From NCBI GenBank assembly GCA_964202815.1, contig CAXNKP010000001.1, forward strand, positions 1 to 32,994: DNA of 32,994 bases, read 5' to 3'. The translations under genes were made by a program, and so were the position numbers. Origin of the DNA: Stagnihabitans sp. (GTDB lineage: Bacteria; Pseudomonadota; Alphaproteobacteria; Rhodobacterales; Rhodobacteraceae). Position 1 is the stretch's first letter. Each line of letters starts with the position of its first letter. The notes under the pieces are model-generated. The model searched no databases and had not been told where the DNA came from. It saw nothing but the letters and a program-made list of their open reading frames with translations. Positions 27,244 to 32,994 of this stretch are shown here, piece after piece.

Positions 27244-27946
27244 GACGGTCCCTGACCTTGTCAGATTGGATCTTTCCATCGACAAAGGTGACGATGCGGT
27301 TGGCATAATCGGCCATGTCAGGTTCATGGGTAACCATCAGGACCGATAGGCCTTCCTCGCGGTTGAGTTGCACCAAAAGCTCCATGATCTCGCGCCCACG
27401 TGCCGAGTCGAGGTTGCCGGTCGGTTCATCGGCAAGGATCAGGCCCGGTTTGGTGACGATGGCGCGGGCGATGGCAACACGCTGCTGCTGGCCGCCGGAA
27501 AGCTCGGAAGGGCGGTGATCCGCCCTGCCTTGCAGGCCGACCTTGGTCAGGGCATCCATCGACCGCTCTCGGCGTTCATCGGCTGGAATGCCTTGATAGA
27601 TCAGCGGAAGTTCGACGTTCTCCAGGGCTGTGGTGCGCGCCAGCAGGTTGAAACCCTGAAAGATGAAGCCCAGAAAATACCGCCGCAGCAGCGCCCTTTG
27701 ATCACGGTCAAGCCCGGTCACATCGGTACCAAACAGCAGGTACTGGCCCGAGGTTGGCGTATCAAGGCAACCCAGAATGTTCATCGCACTCGACTTACCC
27801 GAACCCGAGGGGCCCATGACGGCAATGAACTCACCCTTCTGCACGGTCAGGTTAACGTCATCCAGCGCATAGACCTTGGCCTCATCCACCCCGTAGATCT
27901 TGGACAGATGGCGCAGTTCCAGCATAGGGGCGGCTGCGGCTGTCAT
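27233..27946 (-). CDS. MacB/LolD-type ABC ATP-binding protein
   Basis: [32 protein letters not shown] and VTHE motifs. Confidence 0.95.
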   Translation of the reverse strand: MTAAAAPMLELRHLSKIYGVDEAKVYALDDVNLTVQKGEFIAVMGPSGSGKSSAMNILGCLDTPTSGQYLLFGTDVTGLDRDQRALLRRYFLGFIFQGFNLLARTTALENVELPLIYQGIPADERRERSMDALTKVGLQGRADHRPSELSGGQQQRVAIARAIVTKPGLILADEPTGNLDSARGREIMELLVQLNREEGLSVLMVTHEPDMADYANRIVTFVDGKIQSDKVRDRHAA

Positions 27947-29214
27947 CGGCTGCTCTGCGCCGTGATGACCAGATCGCCAGCGGTCAACGGGCCTTCCAGA
28001 ACTTGGGTCGTGTCGCCATCGGTGACGCCGGTTTTCACGGCAATGCGGGTGGGTTCACCGTCTTTCAGGATAAAAAGGTCGCGAAAACCCTCTTTGGTCA
28101 CGGCATTGGTCTTGCTGGTGTTCGGTCGGTTGCGATCCCCCGGTGACCCACCAGAGAAAAGCATGCCTAAAAGGCCCGAACTGCGGCGCGTGGCGGCAGG
28201 CGCCACAGGTGGGGAATAGCGGAGGGCGGCATTGGGCACTGCCAGCACATCCGTGACCTCCTCCACCGTCACATCGGCCGAGGCGGTCATGCCGGGGCGC
28301 AGGCGCAGGTCGGAATTGTCGATGGCGAGGATGGTCGGATAGGTCACGATGCCATCGACCGTCTGCGGCGCGAAATGCATCTCGGACACCTTTGCCGGGA
28401 AGCTTTGACCCAGATAGGCATCAACACTGAAGGCGGCAGCATTGCCGACCTGCACCTTGCCGATATCAGCCTCGTCCACGTCGATCTGCAACTCCATCTG
28501 GCCCAGATCATGCGCAAGGGTGAAAAGAACCACCGTTGTGGTCGAGGCAGAGACGGTCTGGCCCAGATCGGCCTTGAGGTCCAGCACCATACCGTCGATC
28601 GGCGCCACGATGACGGCCTTATTGATGTTGGTCTGGCTCAGCTTCACATCGGCCTCGGCCACTTGCACATTGGCAAGGGCCGAGGCAAGGCCCGCATCCG
28701 CCCGGCGCTTGGCGGTGGTGGCCACGGCCAGTTCCTCGTTCGAGTTCAAGCCCTTGTCATGGATCTTCTGGGTGCGGTCGAGGGTGGCAATGGCGGCCTC
28801 CTGTGTGGCCAGCGCATCCTCGACCTCGGCCTTGCGGGCCGACAACGTCGCCAGATCGCGCGCCAACTCCGCCTCCAGCGAGGAGGTGTCAAGCCGGGCC
28901 AGAACCTGACCCTTGGAGACGGTGTCATTGACGGCGACATCCACATCAGAAATCGTGCCCGAGATGAGGGAACCGACATCAACCTGCTGGATCGGCTGCA
29001 CGGTGCCCACGGCAGTCACAGTCACGGTGATGTCGGCGGGCTTTACCTCAGTCGTGGTATAGCGGATCACAGCGGTGGCGGTGGTACGGGTCTGCAAATA
29101 GGCATAACCGCCGGCCGCGAGGGCCAGGATCAGCAAAGGCCAGACAAACCGCCCCCGCAGCCGGAAACGCTTGCGGCGCCGTGTAATCGCCTCGACCGTG
29201 ATCGTATCCGCCAT
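27943..29214 (-). CDS. MacA-like periplasmic adaptor (membrane fusion protein)
   Basis: N-terminal TM anchor, VGSLISGTI..V..GQVLARLD lipoyl half, coiled hairpin, APIDG, VDEADIG and LRPGMTA. Confidence 0.93.
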   Translation of the reverse strand: MADTITVEAITRRRKRFRLRGRFVWPLLILALAAGGYAYLQTRTTATAVIRYTTTEVKPADITVTVTAVGTVQPIQQVDVGSLISGTISDVDVAVNDTVSKGQVLARLDTSSLEAELARDLATLSARKAEVEDALATQEAAIATLDRTQKIHDKGLNSNEELAVATTAKRRADAGLASALANVQVAEADVKLSQTNINKAVIVAPIDGMVLDLKADLGQTVSASTTTVVLFTLAHDLGQMELQIDVDEADIGKVQVGNAAAFSVDAYLGQSFPAKVSEMHFAPQTVDGIVTYPTILAIDNSDLRLRPGMTASADVTVEEVTDVLAVPNAALRYSPPVAPAATRRSSGLLGMLFSGGSPGDRNRPNTSKTNAVTKEGFRDLFILKDGEPTRIAVKTGVTDGDTTQVLEGPLTAGDLVITAQSSR

Positions 29215-29896
29215 GAGAAGTCCTTTTCGTCGCTGGGGTCAATCTGGCCCGAACTGCTTGAGGTTTCAACGCCAAAGCCGCAGATTGCCGTAACTGCCGT
29301 CATGCGTCACGGCAAAGTACAGCGCAACATGGGTCAATGGCCATGCTACCTTTGCCCTTTCGCATTGGCCCAAATATCTCACCGGTGAGCCATGGATCGT
29401 TGGGAGAAGGCGTGACGAAAGCGGGATACCGATCCTTCGCTGACGTCGTGAGGACTATAGGCCTTCAGCGGTCGGTGCCCCGCAAACTGGAAGTCTGCTG
29501 CGTTTCGCTTTTCATGCGTTCAAAGATGGGCCTAGCGCGGCAGCAGATCTCACTCAGTGTTCCATCTGCGACCAGACCGGACAGCCCCCGCACAAAAGCG
29601 AGAAGTTCCATCGCATCTGGCAGGGTATCCACAGGTATGGCACCGACACGACCCTAAGCCAGCACGGTCAAATCGTTCAAGCTACAGGGGTAAGGTTGGC
29701 GTGTTCTGCGCGTCCACAGATCAATATTTCATAAATCTTGACGATTGCTGCGATTTTGTCGGCGAGAGGGGCGATTTTGACTGCCGCTTCGCCGAGCGAT
29801 CCGCTCGAAGCCATCCTCTTGATGTCGCTTATCGTATTGAATTCCAAAGCGAACCCGCCGACCCTTCATCAGACACCGGCTCAGGAGGGCGATGCC

Positions 29897-30028
29897 ATGC
29901 GCAGCTATAAGAATTCCGATTCTGCTCCGCCCATAATGGCTGGCAGCCCACCACCGCCGGAAATGCGCCCGCCTCGGGCTGACTGGGATCGGGCCCCTTG
30001 GAACCGCTGGGCGGTTCAGACCGAGTAG
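29897..30028 (+). pseudogene. N-terminal fragment of a NylB-like (beta-lactamase-family) serine hydrolase
   Basis: RBS AGGAGG, then MRSYKNSD.APPIM.GSPPP....DWDRAPWNRW..Q, which I recognise as the N-terminus of this family. Cut after about 41 codons. Confidence 0.6.
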
Positions 30029-30360
30029 GCGCAGCTCTCAAAGCACGCCAAGGTCACGAAAGCGATCGACTACCTGCTGTCGCCCGGCCACTGGCCAGCC
30101 TTCACCCACTTCCTGACAAACGGTCGGGTCTGTCTGAGCAACAACTGCGCCAAACGCTCTTTGCCGGGTCCGAGCGCGGCGGACGGCGCGCCACCTTCAT
30201 GTACTCGCTAATTGGCACCACCAAGCTGAACAATATTGACCCACAGGCCTGGCTTGCCGACGTCATCACCCTGATCTCCGACCTGCCGCCCTCGCGCCTG
30301 TCGGAATTGCCGCCATGGCGTTGGAAGTCGCAGGATCATCGATCGGCTGAGGCGGCATGA
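30020..30360 (+). mobile_element. IS66-family TnpC C-terminal remnant
   Basis: LSKHAKVTKAIDYLL..W..FT.FL..GRVCLSNNCAKR, then after a deletion/frameshift LFAGSERGGRRATFMYSLIGTTKLNNIDPQAWLADV..LPPW.W. Confidence 0.88.
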
Positions 30361-30665
30361 TGGGTCGCTTTACGCATGTCCAATCCATCGCCGAGGTCGC
30401 CAAGACGATCGGTGAGCACCTCATCGAAGTCGTCAGCGCCAATTCCGACAACATCGGCTACGGCGAGATGATCTGGTTTGATGACGGCTCTGAGGACGGT
30501 GTGAAAACCTTCACGAACCGCGGCATCGAATGCCTGAAAGAACTCCTCGCCGACATTCGCACATGGAATGGTGGCATCCTCGGGTTCCTGCACGACCAAA
30601 AATGTGACCCCGACCTCATCAAACGCAGTATCGCCGACAAAAAAAATCCGATAAGTCCAGACTGA
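30357..30665 (+). CDS. Small acidic hypothetical protein coupled to IS66 tnpC
   Basis: ATGA overlap with the tnpC stop and GC3-rich codons. Resembles hypothetical proteins I recall downstream of alphaproteobacterial IS66 transposases. Confidence 0.6.
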   Translation: MMGRFTHVQSIAEVAKTIGEHLIEVVSANSDNIGYGEMIWFDDGSEDGVKTFTNRGIECLKELLADIRTWNGGILGFLHDQKCDPDLIKRSIADKKNPISPD

Positions 30666-31139
30666 CGTCGGCGCATGATTACGTGCAGCTTGGAGTTTCG
30701 CCCGCCTTTCGTCAGCCCGATCAGGCAAGCGCGCCACCTTTTTTTCCGGAGGCTGGATGCGGTGCGGTGGGCCTTGAGATGTGTGGCGTCAGTCATGATC
30801 ATTTCCGTTTCGGTGTCCTGCCTGACCAATTCCAGCAGGATTTTGGCAAATACCCTCATCCGGCTCCAGCGGTACCAAAGGTTGTACACGGTCTTGTGCG
30901 GCCCGTAGATGGGCGGCGCATCGCGCCAGCGTAACCCATTGCGATTGATTAAGATAATACCGCTCAATACTCGCGTGTCGTCCACACGGGGCACACCATG
31001 AGACAAGGGAAAGAGCGGCTTAAACCGCTCCATCTGCGCCTCAGTCAGCCAAAACAGATCACTCATGCGGCACCCCGCCGATGCCATCAGTGAATAAGCA
31101 AAACGCGTCGGAAACTACTGGATTAATGAGGTATGAGCC
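30633..31139 (-). mobile_element. IS5-family (IS427-like) element remnant: left end and 5' half of the transposase (ATG 31066)
   Basis: MSDLFWLTEAQM..FP.SHGVPRVDD.RVLSGI..NGLRWRDAP..YGPHKT.YN, DATHLKAHRTASSL and TKGG.NSKLH. Candidate terminal repeat GGCTCATACCTCATTAAT (31139-31122) sits next to TA. Confidence 0.88.
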
Positions 31140-31243
31140 TAGCGTTTACATCCTTTGGCATTCAGTAGCCGATCCCCACAGACTGCACTTGCCAAGCCGA
31201 TCAACAGATACTCCAAAAACGTAAGCCGTTTAGGGATCATCTC

Positions 31244-31360
31244 CGACCCGATGGTCAGTAACGCGCCCATCACTGGTTCAATGTCGGTGGCATGAACGTA
31301 GCCCTTGGCGACCAGCGCCGTGCCCAAGACGGTAAGAACTTGGCGGATCAACGCGAGGGT
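31244..31360 (-). pseudogene. Putative phage holin-like remnant (Pam3-gp28-like)
   Basis: TLALIRQVLTVLGTALVAKGYVHATDIEPVMGALLTIGS, two short hydrophobic helices. Upstream in-frame TAG, and the C-terminus is replaced by unrelated sequence. Confidence 0.5.
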
Positions 31361-31407
31361 CTAGCGCGTCGGCTGCCTTTACATCCGCCATTTCATATCG
31401 GCACGTT

Positions 31408-32994
31408 TCATAAAGGCGATGCGCGCCGGTGGGTGCCGCCCTTTTCGGACCGCACGGTGACAGTGACGGATCCAGTTCCGCGCACCAGCCATTCCACCTT
31501 GCGCGCCACCGGCGACCATTGCTGGCCCCAATTGGAATATTCATAGTTGCGTTCGTTCCGGCCCGCCAGATGGCCCAAATCGACTGCCGGCGGGTTCATC
31601 ACCACTTCAGCCCCTTCGATGGTGACGGTCACAGGTTTGGCGACCTTGTTCTTGACGGCCACGTCAGACAGATTTGTGGGCAAATAGCCGTGATTGGCGA
31701 TGATCGCGGTCACCTTATGCAGGTCCGCGCCCAAAGCTTCGACGGTCACGCTGTCGATCATCACGCGGGGGGCTGCAGCGGCGTGGCGCAGGTTGAACAG
31801 CGTGTTGTCGTGACACACCTTTTCCAGCAACTTTCCGGGCGGGTTGCGATAGCTCCAGATATAGACCATCCCGCCCACTTCGACCGGTCCAAGTTGCGGA
31901 TGATCAAACGCGCGCCATTCGCGAAAGCCCTGATCGCCGACATTGGCTATGACCCAGTCGAACAGCTTGCGCTGCACGTCCGCGTTGCGGGGGCGCAGGT
32001 TATAGTAGCCCTTCTTTTCAACCCCGGCAGCAATCTCAATATCCCAAAGTTCCGTCGAAAAGCAGATGATGCCCATCTCTTCGTAAACCCAGTCTTTGAG
32101 AGAGCCGTGGCGAACCTTGGACTTGTCGGGGGTGAAATCCTCATAGGTCGAGATCACCGGATAGCCGGTCAGCCGCGTGCCGACCTCGCCCAGCGCCTTG
32201 TAAAGTGCTAGATCGCGCGGGCTCATCTCGGCATCGGTTGCCATCATCGACGGGCGCAGGATGATCCCGCCATGGGTGTGGTAGGCGCACATGCCGCAGA
32301 TGTTGGGATGATCAAGGATAAGGCGCGCCATTCCCATCGTCTCAGGCTCTGAGAATGGGTATTGGCCCGCACCATATTCCTGCGGCGACCAGTTGATCGG
32401 AAAGTTCCGGTTCATGTTGCCGTCATCCTGCGGCAGGATTTTCACGTCGGCACCGTCATAGTCGGGGATCAGGCCCTCGGGGTAGATGCGGAAATAGTCG
32501 CCGCCTTCTTCGCCGGGTTCGCGCTGGATCATCAGGCGCGGTTCGCTCGGATCTTTCTTCCATTCGCCCTTAGTGTCGGGCACGCGCATGTTGACGATGT
32601 AACCATCGCCGTCGATATCCTGCGCTTGCAAGCCTTCCAGCCGGTCTTCGCCCGGCAGCAGTCGCCCGTTGCCACACCAAGGGTGGTAAGGGGCCTTTAG
32701 CGCGTATTCCGCCCCATCAGGATTGATGCGGGGGATGATGTAGAAAACCTGACCATCCACCAGCCGCGTCACTTCGGGGTCGGTGCCATAGCGGGTCAGC
32801 AAATGGTGGATCGCATAAAGCGCTGTGGCCGAGGTTGCGTGTTCTTCGGCGTGGATCTGCGCGTCGATGTAGTAGCCGGGTTTTTCCAGCGCGGGGCCGG
32901 TCTCGGGGTTGGTGATCTGCATGAACCACACATCGCGCCCACGATGGCTTTTTGCGATCGAGGTCAGCGTGGCCAAGTGCGGATAAGCGGCGGC
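31408..32994 (-). CDS. M14 zinc carboxypeptidase, 5'-partial
   Basis: Frame is open to the window end. Zinc ligands IHAEE and YHTH, INPDG, NMNRNF, PFSEPET and STELW (catalytic Glu). Confidence 0.92.
   Translation of the reverse strand, partial: AAAYPHLATLTSIAKSHRGRDVWFMQITNPETGPALEKPGYYIDAQIHAEEHATSATALYAIHHLLTRYGTDPEVTRLVDGQVFYIIPRINPDGAEYALKAPYHPWCGNGRLLPGEDRLEGLQAQDIDGDGYIVNMRVPDTKGEWKKDPSEPRLMIQREPGEEGGDYFRIYPEGLIPDYDGADVKILPQDDGNMNRNFPINWSPQEYGAGQYPFSEPETMGMARLILDHPNICGMCAYHTHGGIILRPSMMATDAEMSPRDLALYKALGEVGTRLTGYPVISTYEDFTPDKSKVRHGSLKDWVYEEMGIICFSTELWDIEIAAGVEKKGYYNLRPRNADVQRKLFDWVIANVGDQGFREWRAFDHPQLGPVEVGGMVYIWSYRNPPGKLLEKVCHDNTLFNLRHAAAAPRVMIDSVTVEALGADLHKVTAIIANHGYLPTNLSDVAVKNKVAKPVTVTIEGAEVVMNPPAVDLGHLAGRNERNYEYSNWGQQWSPVARKVEWLVRGTGSVTVTVRSEKGGTHRRASPL

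Noticed and set aside
26482-29388. Long plus-strand ORFs (257, 283 and 337 aa)
   Set aside because: Antisense shadows of the macAB-type genes.
29470-29690. Stop-interrupted minus-strand frame (GRVGAIPVDTLPDAMELLAF...)
   Set aside because: It may be a gene remnant, but I cannot recognise a family. BLASTX is needed.
30458-31087. 209-aa ORF as an intact IS5 transposase
   Set aside because: Its C-terminal part is the antisense of the neighbouring hypothetical gene, and the DDE domain is incomplete.
1-32994. CRISPR array, tRNA/rRNA, riboswitch, retron or defence system
   Set aside because: I saw no regularly spaced repeats, cloverleaf or rRNA signatures, reverse transcriptase, nuclease or recognisable defence domains by eye. 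An Rfam/Infernal scan of the intergenic regions would be the decisive check.

Overview
High-GC alphaproteobacterial DNA, probably Rhodobacteraceae/Rhizobiales (inferred from protein families and codon usage). The core is an intact ~19 kb minus-strand polyol catabolic island. It has eryD, the mptABCDE ABC importer, eryA, rbtA, fucA1-like, eryB, lalA, rbtB, rbtC and eryC, in the order I recall for the Sinorhizobium meliloti erythritol/adonitol/L-arabitol locus. Upstream lies a second unit: decayed eryR, tpiB/eryH, rpiB/eryI and a split dhaK-dhaL kinase with no dhaM. To the left are a truncated sulfotransferase, a ygiC-like/ygiB-like pair and a pseudouridine synthase cut before its catalytic domain. 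To the right is a decaying accessory region: ISAs1, IS66 and IS5 remnants; broken SDR, protein phosphatase, serine hydrolase and holin-like genes; intact HxlR, MAPEG and MacAB-type genes; and a 5'-partial M14 carboxypeptidase. I saw no rRNA, tRNA or CRISPR array, and no wholly novel system. The best leads are the DhaK/DhaL tetrulose-kinase extension, an asymmetric degenerate ABC ATPase pair, stacked operator palindromes, a synonymous AT-rich patch inside rbtC and an IS66-coupled passenger ORF. All family and gene-name calls are from motif recognition and memory, not database searches.
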